A stretch of DNA of 33,724 nt. Origin: Sphaeroforma arctica JP610. Lineage: Eukaryota. Under the pieces are notes generated by a model. The model searched no databases. It saw nothing but the letters and a program-made list of their open reading frames with translations, and was not told where the DNA came from. Positions 1 through 11,974 of the stretch are shown here, one piece after another. The stretch spans positions 1 through 33,724 of the forward strand of contig NW_014039671.1 in assembly GCF_001186125.1 (NCBI RefSeq). Reading direction: 5' to 3'. Position 1 is the stretch's first letter; each line of letters begins with the position of its first letter. The position numbers were made by a program, and so were the translations under genes.

Positions 1-40
1 AATATAAATATAAATATGCATATTTTTATACATTATACAG

Positions 41-177
41 TGGTCAAGTTCCCACAGGCACAAATGGTGGCGTGAGTGCCATAGGTCTATTTGCAAGTTT
101 GCTGGGGGGTCTTTTAATAGGCCTTTGTCATTGGGGAAGCATATGTGCGATCTGCCAAATGAACGGCACGTACCAAG
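41..177 (+). CDS. TMEM19: TMEM19/DUF92 family membrane protein, internal exon (upstream exons lie outside the window)
   Basis: After acceptor tacag (39-40) the frame reads GQVPTGTNGGVSAIGLFASLLGGLLIG..., the VPxGTNGGVS/T motif of DUF92/TMEM19. Donor G|GTGAGT at 178, phase 1. Confidence 0.85.
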
Positions 178-753
178 GTGAGTCATACATACCATATATC
201 TATTATGGATCTAGTGTGCCGATACTCCTACCTAAGCTGTCGGTGGAGATATTGTCTAAGTATAGTTACACTACAATTAAACAGTACTAGCTGATGTCCG
301 TTAAATGTGCATATGATATCCATTATGCACTTCAATTGGAGCCCAATGCGAGCTTCTATCGGTGAAGTATCCTGTAACGCCAGCACGTCCAAGTAGACCT
401 TCTAGGTCTGATCTGTCAATTAACCTCGACGGCTAAATAGCTATGGATAGATACTCTATACCTGGGCGGATATATATATACCTACTCTACAGCTGAATGG
501 TTCTCGATGGGTACTATACAGCGATCTGGAAGGCTCTACAGAAGTTCTCGTGTGCCTGGTGTGGTTGGTACACACCTATGTTATACTGCTGCTTGCGTCG
601 CTGTGTACTTCCAGTATTTTATATATGTACTTGCCTACACTCATATACACTCATTTGTTTTTACAAGATAGGTATATATATTCATGTTTGTATATACATA
701 TACATATAAACCCAAATGAATGATCATGCGACTTTCCCTGCATTCATATACAG

Positions 754-872
754 ATGTACCCCCCCAATGGCCCGTGGTGGTGACGGGTGCTGTTGTGGGT
801 TTGTATGGCTCCGTGCTAGACTCAGTGCTTGGTGCTACGCTGCAATTCAGCGGTTGGGATGTAGAGGCTAAG
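754..872 (+). CDS. TMEM19: TMEM19 penultimate exon
   Basis: Acceptor tacag at 749-753, phase-compatible with the previous exon (G+AT=Asp). Encodes DVPPQWPVVVTGAVVGLYGSVLDSVLGATLQFSGWDVEAK, with the GSxxDSxLGATLQ motif. Donor AAG|GTGTGT at 873. Confidence 0.88.
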
Positions 873-1050
873 GTGTGTATGACATATGATGTGGTGATGT
901 AGTGTGTGATGTAGAGGCTAAGGTGTGTATAACATATGACGTGGTGATGTAGTGTGTGATGTAGAGGCTAAGGTGTGTATGACATATGATGTGATGATGT
1001 AGTGTGTGATGTAGAGGCTAAGGCGTGTATGACATATGATGTGGTTATGT
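858..1050 (+). repeat. 50-bp tandem repeat (about 3.8 copies) spanning the TMEM19 exon end and 5' splice donor
   Basis: Unit gatgtagaggctaaggtgtgtatgacatatgatgtggtgatgtagtgtgt starts at 858, 908, 958, 1008. Confidence 0.92.
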
Positions 1051-1431
1051 ATTAATAGTTGTATATAATCGTCGTCCAGATGATATGGTTATGTCTGCCC
1101 TTGGTCTGAAGAGCTCTAGACTGTGCCTACGTTTCGGCTGTTACAGTTATCCTGTGATCGAATTCTCGCTATATATCCTGAACGTCACTGTGACATTATG
1201 CAGCGCCATTCGCCCTCGGTTTGCTATCACCGGTAGTCTCCGTATTTCTCGCGTGGTAAAGCTAGTGTTTATTAGAGAGCGATCGACTGCATATGATTGG
1301 GTTACCCTGAACTAAAACCCTAAAAACCTTAAAACCCAATGTAGTCCACGGTGCTATTAGAGGGTGTTTCGATCAAAGGAACAGGTGGTTCGGAATATGA
1401 GCATACCGACGCACAAACCTAGCACCAAAAC

Positions 1432-1550
1432 ATATTCAGTACAAGCAAATACCAACAAACACCTTCAGTACATGCATATACTTACAAACACACCTTAAGT
1501 ACATACAGATACTTACTAACACCTTCAGTACTTGCATATACTTACAAGCG
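1432..1550 (+). repeat. Degenerate tandem repeat of about 30 bp
   Basis: About 4 copies resembling accttcagtacatgcatatacttacaaacac. Confidence 0.7.
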
Positions 1551-1934
1551 TGGCACTCGAACATCGGCTTGTATTGATCATTTGAACGTTCTGGCTCTGC
1601 CAGAGATGCCTTTCAAGCAAATCGTGCAGCCTTTCGTCTGCACCTTACACTGTAGCATGCAACAGGAGCCAATACACGGGACTTGTGCTTGAATCTCACT
1701 ATTACACTCATGCAACGTACATCCAATATACCTACCTTCAAGGAGATAGCACATCGAATATACCTACTTTCAATGGGATAGTACCCCAAACCGTGCTTCG
1801 GTGGTACTGACTAAATTCAGGCTGCTCACTGAGGCTGTGGTACCAAGAATTAGTCACAGAAATAAAACACCTGCTGAACTCCCACCCCACACTTGCTGTG
1901 GTCGACTGGCACTCACAGTCTTAGTGGATTGGTA

Positions 1935-2559
1935 GATATTAGTCTAATTGTTAGTTCGATTGGTATAAATTTATAGTCCGTTTGTATATATTAGTCCATT
2001 TTGCATATATTAGTCTAATTGGTATATATTAGTAATTGTATGCATTAGTCTAATTGGCATACATTAGTTATTTGTATATATTAAGTCTGTGTGGTATATA
2101 TTAGTTATTTGTATATACTAGTCTTGGTATATATCAGTCATTTGTATATATCAGTCTCATTGGTATATAACCCTTTGCATACATCCCTCGTTCTTCCATA
2201 CATAGTTAGTCTTGGTATATATCAGTCATTTGTATATATTAGTCTCATTGTTATATACCCCATTGCATACATCCCTCGTTCATCCATACAAAGTTAGTCT
2301 TGGTATATATCAGTCATTTGTATATATTAGTCTCATTGGTATATAACCCATTGCATACATCCCTCGTTCATTTATACAAAGTTAGTCTTGGTATATATCA
2401 GTCATTTGTATGTATCAGTCTCATTGGTATATAACTCATTGCATATATCCCTCGTTCTTCCATACATAGTTAGTCTTGGTGTATATCAGTCATTTGTATA
2501 TATTAGTCCCATTGGTATATAACCCATTGCATACATCCCTCGTTCATCCATACATAGTT
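1935..2559 (+). repeat. Minisatellite: short degenerate ttagtc/gtatata units followed by 5 copies of an 88-bp unit ending at the TMEM19 3' splice site
   Basis: cttgg anchor at 2123, 2211, 2299, 2387, 2475 (period 88). The last unit supplies the functional acceptor. Confidence 0.92.
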
Positions 2560-2701
2560 GGTCACGGCGACACCGGGAAAGAGTGTGAAGCATATCAGCG
2601 GTATCGATCTACTCGACAATCATCACGTCAACCTCCTCTCAGCAAGCGTTTCCGCCGTTGTAGTAGCCCTGGTGTCACCTTATATCTGGCCTGCGTATTA
2701 A
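2558..2701 (+). CDS. TMEM19: TMEM19 terminal exon
   Basis: Acceptor catag (2553-2557), phase 0. Reads LVTATPGKSVKHISGIDLLDNHHVNLLSASVSAVVVALVSPYIWPAY*, containing the HISGxxxLDNxxVNLLS C-terminal motif of TMEM19. TAA at 2699-2701. Not in the supplied ORF track in this frame. Confidence 0.88.
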   Translation: MVTATPGKSVKHISGIDLLDNHHVNLLSASVSAVVVALVSPYIWPAY

Positions 2702-2737
2702 AGAACAGACCAGTAGCGTCTACGATTGAATGGGGAT

Positions 2738-2877
2738 TTTACGAAACGTACTAGTAACGCTTACGAAACATACTAGTAACGTTTACGAAACGTACTAGTA
2801 ACGTTTACGAAAACGTACTAGTAACGTTTACGAAACATACTAGTAACGTTTACGGAACATACAAGTAACGTTTACGA
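2738..2877 (+). repeat. 22-bp tandem repeat (about 6 copies) just downstream of the TMEM19 stop
   Basis: Unit tttacgaaac(g/a)tactagtaacg repeated head to tail. Confidence 0.9.
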
Positions 2878-2961
2878 TTCGAATGGGTGTTGGATTGCAC
2901 GAGTGGTTTTCAAGTACAGCGAGCGGTGTCGCAGTTAATTGAACTGTGGGGTGAGATAGTT

Positions 2962-3192
2962 CAAGCAGATACGTACTATATCGTTCGTCTCATCTGTAGT
3001 TCATAAACTCACAAGCAGATTAGTACTATGTCATTCGTCTCATCTATAGTTCATAAACTCACAAGCAGATTAGTACGATATCATTCGTCTCATCTATAGT
3101 TCATAAACTCACAAGCAGATTAGTACGATATCATTCATCTCATCTATAGTTCATAAACTCACAAGCAGATTAGTACTATATCATTCGTCTCA
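2962..3192 (+). repeat. 50-bp tandem repeat (about 4.6 copies)
   Basis: caagcagat anchor at 2962, 3012, 3062, 3112, 3162; no unique spacers. Confidence 0.92.
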
Positions 3193-4787
3193 AGGGGCGA
3201 GAGACGTATGTATACTGAGTGGTTGATGTGTTGTCGGCTTCTTCCAATTATTAGTACCCCTGTGCACATGCTGAGTGATTGATGTGTTGTTTGGCCTCGT
3301 CTACCTATTAGTACCCCTGTGCGCATGCTCGGTGCTGTGTGGTGTCAGGTTGGACATCACTTGACGATCAATGGTATCAGATGTACAGAGCGTACGCCAT
3401 CATTGTTTTACGTTATTATACATGCTATGTAACATATGCTATGTAACATATATATAGCATCGAAAAGGGCTTTCCGATATTTTACATGCTATGTAATATA
3501 TAGATAGCATCGAAAAGGGCTTTGTTGAGTCAAATTAAAAACGAACAAAAACTGTCCATTATCCCATAAACACAACCCGTCAATTACCAATCACTCGTGC
3601 TGTCCGGTGTTCCGTGTAAGTATAGCCGATATACTCTATTCCATTGCAGCCAGACTAATATTCGGTTGGGTATTCATGATAATACATCGAGGCCCATCAT
3701 TCCACGGTCTTCCAGGTCGGTGTGGTTAATCAGAATCCATCTGCCATGGCCATCGGCTCGTTTGAATACAACCGTAGTAGTGCGATGCACGTATCATTTC
3801 GTTTATTCTATTAACTAGAGGCGATTTATAGTTGCATCAATCATCGATGGAAGTGGAGTGGTTGAAGCAATGGAATATTAATGTATTAGAAACTGAACGA
3901 GAATCTCATCTCGCTATTTTAGTATTAAGAGTATGTGTGCATGTATTGGAGCTGTGATCTGCGTCTCGAGCAATCAGACCCATGGGCCTGAAAGACTAAA
4001 ATGAGGGAATGTACACCAATCAGCACTATAGCCGAGAGGGACAATCCTACCACAATCGTCACGACAGACCTTCAGGGGCACTAGAGACTCCCCGCTGACT
4101 TGACGTCCGGATATCGAGCAGATCAATATGCAGCAATGGTACGAGTTCTTGGCTATGCAGAGAGAATTGAAAAGCAATGCATAATCGGACTATTGTCCAA
4201 AAATGCAATACACTTCATAGACGCATGGATTCAGACATACTCGACCGCCTGTCTTCGACTATAACTGTCATACCAGTCAGTGTTTGTTTTATGCACTCCA
4301 GACAAGCGGGAGGATATAAAAATTCCGAATTTCTAGAACATATGCAATAAAGTACATATACTCTTAACAAGCTGAACTGATTGGTAAACTTGTTCCATAC
4401 TCAAGCCACTATCACGAATGTACATACTTGCTTTCAACACGCATGCACATACTTGCTTTAAACACGCATTCGGATATAAACAACCCCCGATTTCTAAGCC
4501 GGCACTAGTCCGAGCTCACAGACTCTTATAAATACTCAAAACAAAACTCACAAACTCTTTTACAAAACTTTAATTTAATCAGACGCTTGCCCCTCACATT
4601 GCACGCGTCTATGTGATATGTACTTCCATTACATATTCCTAATATTAAAAACATCCGCATCCCACACCAACAACCCCTGTGGCAGCCGCCGAGGGGTGCC
4701 AATAAGGTATACGCACATGCGACCAGAACCGTCTACAACTTAGTCCACCCGGTATTGGCCAACTCTTATTTGAACACACGGCCGGCC

Positions 4788-5468
4788 CTATTGTGACTGA
4801 ATAAGTGTTAGTACTGACGTCCTCTGGCTCTCACTCAACGTCGCTAAGCACTGCTGAAGCTCGTTGGGGTGTGCCGAGGACAGGCCCTTGAACAGCGTTG
4901 TCATGGCAACGATGGTGCTGTCTGTCAGCAGGCTCTGCTCCTTGCCCATACTCAACAGATGCGAAAACACGCCGATCAACTGGCCCAGCAAGGGGAAGAC
5001 GACATCCGAATGTGTCTCAAACAGACCCAGCAGCATAGCCGCCACCACATCATTCTCCTGCATATCGTCCTTGAGGGGTAGGGCTCCCACCACCACCGGC
5101 ACTATCTTGGCCAGCGGCAGCACGGCATTAGGGTCACCCTGTGACTTGGCGGCGGTGATGAGCCGGGCGATCATGGCGCACGAGTTGTCTACCACCGCCG
5201 CGCTGCTGTCGGGGTTGGTGAAGAACGGGTAGACACTGGTCAGCATCTCATTGGCGTGGGTGGTGACCAGGGAGGGTACATGCTGGGCTAGCAGGCCTAC
5301 GGTGTAGATGGCGCTGACCTTGACGCCCTCGTCCGGGTCGGCGATGGCTTTGGAGAACATGCTGTACATCTCGTCGGCGTAGGGGGTGATGCTGGGGCCC
5401 ATGGCTTTAACAAGGTCGGAAAGTGTGCCCATGCAGAGGTTACGGTCTTGTTCGTTAGAGTTGGGTTT
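4788..5468 (-). CDS. IPO4: Importin-4 exon 4 (terminal)
   Basis: Acceptor accag; KPNSNEQDRNLCMGTLSD...VVDNSCAMIARLI...LPLKDDMQEN...; TAG at 4788-4790. Joined CDS is 3231 nt = 1076 aa, consistent with importin-4 size. Confidence 0.92.
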   Translation of the reverse strand, partial: KPNSNEQDRNLCMGTLSDLVKAMGPSITPYADEMYSMFSKAIADPDEGVKVSAIYTVGLLAQHVPSLVTTHANEMLTSVYPFFTNPDSSAAVVDNSCAMIARLITAAKSQGDPNAVLPLAKIVPVVVGALPLKDDMQENDVVAAMLLGLFETHSDVVFPLLGQLIGVFSHLLSMGKEQSLLTDSTIVAMTTLFKGLSSAHPNELQQCLATLSESQRTSVLTLIQSQ

Positions 5469-6301
5469 CTGGTGGTGTGGGGGATATATGGGGGTGTATC
5501 GTGCCGTTAGTAGATGTGGTAGGTTTTTGGTTGGTGGACTGGTTGACAATAGTACAGGAATATACTGGGGGATGTTACTTTGAAGATAATGAAGGGGTAT
5601 GATAAAGACAGGTAGGAGAATTCAGTATTATATTGATGATAATAAAAGGGGTAGGAGTAAGATAGGTGTAGGAGAATGCAGAAGTGGGTACGAGAGTGGA
5701 GATTTGAATCGGATAGGAGGGAAAGAAAAGCATCGTACATCAACAGCACCTATAGAGAGGCGATATGTTGAAATATGGTCTCATCAGGGCACATCTCAAC
5801 GTTCGATCGGTGCATAGAAGTCACACATTATGTGCAGAAAAATATCCGCTTAACATGCGCTGATGTACGACCACAGAAGCAACATACTACTATGATCCAC
5901 GTGATAGTTATTTCATAATAGAAGCAATATATATATATATACCGTATATATGTTTGTATAAAGATACAGACTCGTGTACATCCACTCAACCCTCATCGCA
6001 ATGGCACTCTAGAGTTTGCTCACAACGCCTTAAACGGTGACACTGGGCAAATCACAACTAGGATCAACACCCCCCAAGGACGATAAAACATAATCGACCT
6101 TCTAACCACATCCACACATCGATTGTACACTATCTAGCAACACGAGGTGCTTCACGCATACACGCAATACCGCCCACAGGCCCCAGTCTTCGAGTAACCC
6201 TATCTCCAACCCAACCCTATAGCCAGAGCGCGGGTCAACAAAGGCACGACCTGACCTAAACCATAAAAACACAGGCACGACCCGCACACCATGTCACTTA
6301 C

Positions 6302-7234
6302 GTAGAACTTGCGCAGAATCTTGGCAAAGGTCTCGAAGTACGGTCCGTTGAAGGACGGGCCCATGACCTGAGCGGTGGCGCTCAACAGGTCACATCCCAC
6401 GTCCACCAACATGCTATCGTACTCAGCCATGGTGTGTTCCGCGTCTTCGTCGTCGTTGTCGCCGTCGTCTTCCTGACACACCACCTGTCGGTTGATGAGC
6501 ATGGCGATGGTGTTGCACCAGTCAGCCAGGTTACCCTCAATCATCGCCGGGCCGATGATGGGTACATTGGGCTCCAGACACGTGCCGATGGCCAGCACAA
6601 CCATACGGTCGTAGTCCTTCTGCATGGTCTTGGTGAGCTTGGGTATGATCTCTGCGATGAGGTGCATGGTCTGTTGGGAGAGTGGGTTAACCACGGGGAT
6701 ACCGGCTTGCCACTCCTTGCTGTCGTCAAACACGGTGTGGGAGCAGCGGATGAAGTCACACAGCGTGCTGACGACCGCCTTGCGGATGTCGTTGTTGAAC
6801 TTGAACTCGAGCAGTGACAGCAGCATGGGCAGACATGCCTCGATGTACGGAATGAAGTCGTGGCTGATCTCTACAGCGAAGTACCCGAGCGTGTCTATTG
6901 CGCTGGAAGCAGCCTCCATGACACTGGGGTCGATCATCACGGTCTGGATCTCGTTCTCGTCTTCGTCTTCGTCGTCTGAGTCGCCCAGGTCGATCTCACC
7001 CTCATCCCCGCCACGCTTGTAGATGACACTCTGCTCGGCTTCTTTGATCTGGCCCACCAGGATGGGCAGCAGGCTGGGTAGGTACGGCGCAAAGTCCTTC
7101 TTGAAGGTTACGGATAAGGCCCCAAAGAAGCCGTATGTGCACTGCGCAATGACCGGGTCTTCTAGGGTCAGCCCCTCGGTGGCTACGCGTACGAGATCGG
7201 GCAGGTCGTTCTCAAAGTACTTGCGGCCCAGGTT
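6302..7234 (-). CDS. IPO4: Importin-4 exon 3
   Basis: Acceptor cacag; 933 nt in phase 0 from NLGRKYFE to AKILRKFY, with acidic loops and the AEYDSMLVD motif. Donor GTAAGT at 6301. Confidence 0.92.
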
Positions 7235-7974
7235 CTGTGTGGATGGAAGAGTGTAGGTATCGGTACAGAGGTTAAGTATAAGTAAAGTATATGTAGGTTT
7301 AAGTAGGTATAAAGAGTTTCTGAGTAAGGGAGGGTGAGGTAGTACATCATAGCTATACAACTGAGCGGAGAAGGGGTGGGTTGGACAGATCGCCACACTA
7401 CGGCTGCGCAGAAAGATAGCCAGGGAATATACCAACAATAGGACACTGTGAGTGTATGAAGACTTTGGGCAGACAACCAGCCACACAAGCCGCATTGTGT
7501 GGTATGCGAGTATAACAGTCGCCGCAGTAGCACACACACATCCATATATATAAATAAATATAAATACATCTGCAAAAATACTAAAACACATCCATATATA
7601 TATATATACATCTGCATAAATACTAAAACACCTAAAACACATCCATATATATATATAAACATCTGCATAGATAAAGGTCAAGTCCAACGATGGTGGGCAT
7701 GACTAATCTCAAGATGTCATGGCGCTTACTAAACAAAACACTGGAATTGGTACAAGACATATACCGATGAATACTTCCGGTGATATGAATGTGCTCTTCT
7801 GCTGCCCTTTCATAACAATAAACACAACTCAGATCTGGCAACGAATGTGTGAAGGGCCCATCCATATATCGATTATTCGTAGTTCTCAAGCGTATGTGTG
7901 TATATATCTACATGATATTGTCTTGATTTGTTGTGCTTATAAGTTGAGTGTGTCAGTTGCACAAGGTTTTCCGA

Positions 7975-8162
7975 CTATACGCATAGTAGAAGCGTATGTC
8001 GGTGTATATAACCACATGTTATACGCATAGTATAGTAGAAGCGTATGTGGGTGTATATAACCACATATAATACGCATAGTAGAAGCGTATGTGGGTGTAA
8101 ATAACCACATGTTATACGCATAGTAGCAGCAGCTTATGGGGGTGTATATAACCAACCACATG
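7975..8162 (+). repeat. Tandem repeat of about 40-50 bp (about 4 copies)
   Basis: Recurrent tacgcatagtagaagcgtatgtgggtgtatataaccacat. Confidence 0.8.
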
Positions 8163-8192
8163 TGCTTGTCTTGATTTTTTGTGCTTTATAAG

Positions 8193-8288
8193 TGCATCAG
8201 TTGCTCAGGTTTGTCATCCCGTCAATGGCGCCTGTTACCAGCACTCATCGACATTCAGAGCGATTCTGATTAAATAACATCATATACA
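8193..8288 (-). ncRNA. Candidate intronic box C/D snoRNA, copy B (IPO4 intron 2)
   Basis: Paralog of 9942-10036 with identical C, D' and D boxes and the same 11-nt guide. C' is GGGATGA. Terminal stem TGTA/TGCA. Internal hairpin gtcgatg...ctgGTAAcag...cattgac. Confidence 0.75.
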
Positions 8289-9204
8289 GCTATACACAGT
8301 TTCCAAGTACACAATATACAAGTCAAATACATTAACAAAACAAGAACAGCCCATTTGCATCTCCACGCGAGTACGTTGTTCTGGGAACACATCCGAACAA
8401 CTATACTATAAAGTTTGATATCGTACAAAAAGCATTATATATATATGTGTGTGTGTATCTTTCGATTAAACGGGGATTGTACTCGTTGAAAACCATCGGG
8501 ATTAGCTGAATAGGAAAGACTACAGATACCACCGACAACCACTACCGTACGCAGACGTGTGAACACAATAGTTATAAACATAAATATAAATGACTGTATG
8601 TATATGTATATATATCAATGACTGCAATATTTTGAAATCTAGTGAGCAGACGGAGGGTCTTCAGGAATATGCTTATAGAACCAAATGTGTGATATCAACT
8701 TATAGCAGTGTACACCTGTCGCATGTGTTTTACAAACGGAACTCGCGTATATATTAATTATTGCCTGATAATGCTATATTTATAAATAGAACAGGATGTA
8801 TAGAATAAGAACCCTAAAACCCTGATGTATATAATAGATTAACCTAGATATAATAGACATGTATATATGCAACATGAACACCTATTATATAAAATATTAT
8901 GCGGATGCGTTATTGTCTGCTAATGCTATGTATATAAATAAAACGGGATATAATATCCGTGCATATATACAGCATGAACACCTTTTGTATGAAACATTCT
9001 ATGCGGACGTATTATTTGTTCCCATAGTTCTTGCATATACACCATCTATTCACCACATACAGGCATTAAACAAGCAATCACTATCAGCTATCCAGAGTTC
9101 ACTATCCCGAGCATACACACCCCGCCATCCCACCAACGCACACCGGTACACCCCAGGCAACCGCTTAAACCCTAAACCACCCCCAAACACCTCACACCAC
9201 CAAC

Positions 9205-9748
9205 CTTCATGATGTGGCCCAGGCATTCCGTCGCGTACGCGCGCAGGTTAGCGGTCTCCTCCGTGTTCAATGACATCAGCTGCTTGAGCACGCCATACAC
9301 CTCATTCAGGTACGGCTCAAAGGCCGACCCCGCCGATACAGCAGCAGCCGCTATAGCCAACACAGTCACCTCCTGAACCCCCCGCGAACCATTGACCAGC
9401 ATGTGGTGCATCTTAGCCATCATGGTATCCAGGTACGGCACTATCTTATCACCCAGGAACTCGCAGAAGGACTCGAGTGCGTGCACTGACTTCTCCCGCA
9501 GGTCTTCGGACGGTGACTCGAGCGACGCGAAGAGGCGTGGCATGACTTCACCACAGTGATCCCCGATGTCTGGTTGGCAAAACTGAGAGAACTGAGCCAG
9601 GGCCAGGCACGAGGCTTCGCGTACAGAGACGTCTGGGTCTTCGAGTCCCTTGTAGAGAGCGGGTAGGATGCCTGTGAGCATGTTCTTGAGATACTCGGAG
9701 CACCCCTCGGCTAGAACGGCTAGGCCGATGATGGCTGCGCGACGGTAT
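9205..9748 (-). CDS. IPO4: Importin-4 exon 2
   Basis: Acceptor catag, AG+A=Arg, then YRRAAIIGLAVLAEGCSEYLK...GLEDPDVSVREASCLALAQFSQFCQPDI, typical importin-4 HEAT repeats. Donor AAG|GTTGGT at 9204. Confidence 0.9.
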
Positions 9749-9941
9749 CTATGGCAACGGCGCGGGTGGACGGTTGTTAGGGTTGAGGTATAGGTTGGGA
9801 ATAGTTTCTAGAGCACTGGATATGTATGGTATAATTTTATATATAAATATACATACATGTGGATGTTCATGTGGTGTGACTCTTGATATAAATATACATA
9901 CATGTGGATGTTACCACGGTTATGGACGTGGTAACGTGGGT

Positions 9942-10036
9942 AGTATCAGTTGCTCAGGGTGTCATCACGTTAATGGCGCCTGTTACCAGCGACCACAAAC
10001 ATTCAGAGCGATTCTGAAAATGTAACATCATATACT
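9942..10036 (-). ncRNA. Candidate intronic box C/D snoRNA, copy A (IPO4 intron 1)
   Basis: On the host-gene strand: AGTA-T-ATGATGT (C box variant) ... TCAGAATCGCT-CTGA (guide plus D') ... hairpin with GTAA tetraloop ... GTGATGA (C') ... CCTGAGCAA-CTGA (D)-TACT. Terminal stem AGTA/TACT. Confidence 0.75.
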
Positions 10037-10901
10037 CTACTACAACGTACTACTCGTACATGGCAAACTCGGGGCTAACACTCACTAGAGTATAGGTGTA
10101 CACAACCTGAATTCAAACCGGGTTTAACAAAGAACAGCTCTGCTTGGCTCTTGATATATATATATATAATTTGTATGCACGTTCAATAGTCCGAACCTTT
10201 CCCAGATTAAAATGTAACATATATTTTGTGAAGTCTAATATACACACGAAAGCTCGGTTCTTACCCAGGGATATATACAATTAATTCGCGTTTAGAATTC
10301 ATAGCTATACTATTAAGTGATATTAACGTGTAAATAAGCTATCTCGACTAACATTCAACCCCAATGCTTGGAATATGAAGTACAAAGGCTTATGAACCTC
10401 CAGACATGAGGACCCGTTTGTCCATATATAGTCTAGCATGATTATATTGCTGTATCTACATATACACGCATAGCCCGCACAGTTCGTATCCCCATATAAA
10501 GACGTACAATAAACGTAAACGGACCAAAGGAGTATAAGCACAAAAATGAATCGATATTTGACTAGGGGAGTGCGAAAGCATACTCGTGTAAACGAAATGA
10601 TATGATCAGCACTCAGACATAAACACCTTCGGACGGCACTGATACGCCAAGTAGAATAAAATCCTAGCTTGACGGGCTTGACATGATATATGACTTCGAA
10701 ACACAACACAGGGCGCATAAAAATTTAATAACATGTGAGCTATATATATATATAATTATAGAAATGTACATATTAATATATATATATATATATATACGGA
10801 TACAGATATATATATACGTACATACAAATACAATCCGTATAATACACACATCCATCCACCCACCCATACAACAAACATAGACACCACGCACACTCACATA
10901 C

Positions 10902-11974
10902 CTTGGATTTGGGTTGGCCATTGCCGTGCCGATGATTTCCAACGAGGGGTCGACCACGGCACTCGGGGGCATATTGAGGGCAAAGTTATCGATGATCTGT
11001 GCTGCCAAATCAGAGATGGCCGCCTCATCCTCCTCCAGATCTTCTTGCTCAGGCTCAGCCATGATCATAAACACGGCATTGACAATGTGCGGGACTAAGC
11101 CGTTCTTGATGATAACCGTCTTCTTGTCTGAGTTGCTGAGAGAGACGATCTGTGAGATAGCCGACTGACGTGCACTGTGTTCGGCGTTTTGGTTGGACGC
11201 CACCTCCAGGAAGAAGCCCATGAGAAGTGCGGCATTCTCGCCGGACAGTGGGAATTCACTGTCCATAAGCTCATCGAAGAACTCCATTGCCTTTAAGCCT
11301 TGGGTCTCGTCTTTGTGTAGAAGAAACTTGCAGGTCTCTACCATGGTCGGCAACAACGCGTGTAATTGCTCAAACTCAGGTGTTTCAAAATACGGCAGTA
11401 GTGTGGAGATAGTGTTCATAGCGTGGTACGGAATCTCAGCCGACTCTCTCTCCACCACAGCGGTCTGGAATAGGCCAAACATGGAGGGGTAGAAAGGCTT
11501 TAGCTGCTCCCCCATAGTCTCGCACAGACTAGATAACACCAGCATGCCGATCTCTTTGTGTGCCAGCACTGTGCTGTTTGTGCACTGAGATAACCAGTCC
11601 ATAAAGTTGGGCCATTGCCCGGTAGGTACCTCATGCTTAGCAATCATACATATAGCCCGTGCCACACCCTGGCGCACGGCTCTCGAGTTATCGTTCAGTA
11701 CTAGATGCAATAATGTCTCCTTGATCGCATTCTTCAACTCGGGCGCAAGCTTAGTCCACGAGGTTGCTATGCGTTGCTTTAATAGAGTGGCTCCCATTTG
11801 TCGGGCTCCCTCGTTGCTTGAGTTGCACACAACAGTGACAAGTGCCTGTAAGCCAGCGGACTGTTTGAGGATCTTCTTAATCTCTACGGTTGCACTGTTA
11901 ATCACGTCATTGTCTGGTGTTAGTAGTTGAACCAGAAGGCTCTCTAGCACTATCGTATCCTGGTCTGAGGTCAT
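10902..11974 (-). CDS. IPO4: Importin-4 (Kap123 / RanBP4), exon 1
   Basis: ATG at 11974 (MTSDQDTIVLESLLVQLLTPDNDVINSATVEIKK...ARQMGATLLKQRI...W), an importin-beta N-terminal domain plus HEAT repeats (IAKHEVPTGQWP, acidic EDLEEDE loop). Donor AG|GTATGT at 10901, phase 2. Confidence 0.92.

Noticed and set aside
2962..3192. Regular 50-bp repeats as a CRISPR array
   Set aside because: Units are contiguous with no unique spacers, there are no cas genes, and the context is eukaryotic.
5779..5787. CTGATGAG (minus strand) as a hammerhead ribozyme core
   Set aside because: No stem II followed by GAAA and no three-way junction could be built.
8250..8269. Plus-strand reading of the intronic element as a snoRNA with guide ACATTCAGAGC against LSU GCUCUGAAUGU
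   Set aside because: No C box or terminal stem on the plus strand, pairing stops short of the CTGA, and it is antisense to the host gene; the minus-strand model has all four boxes.
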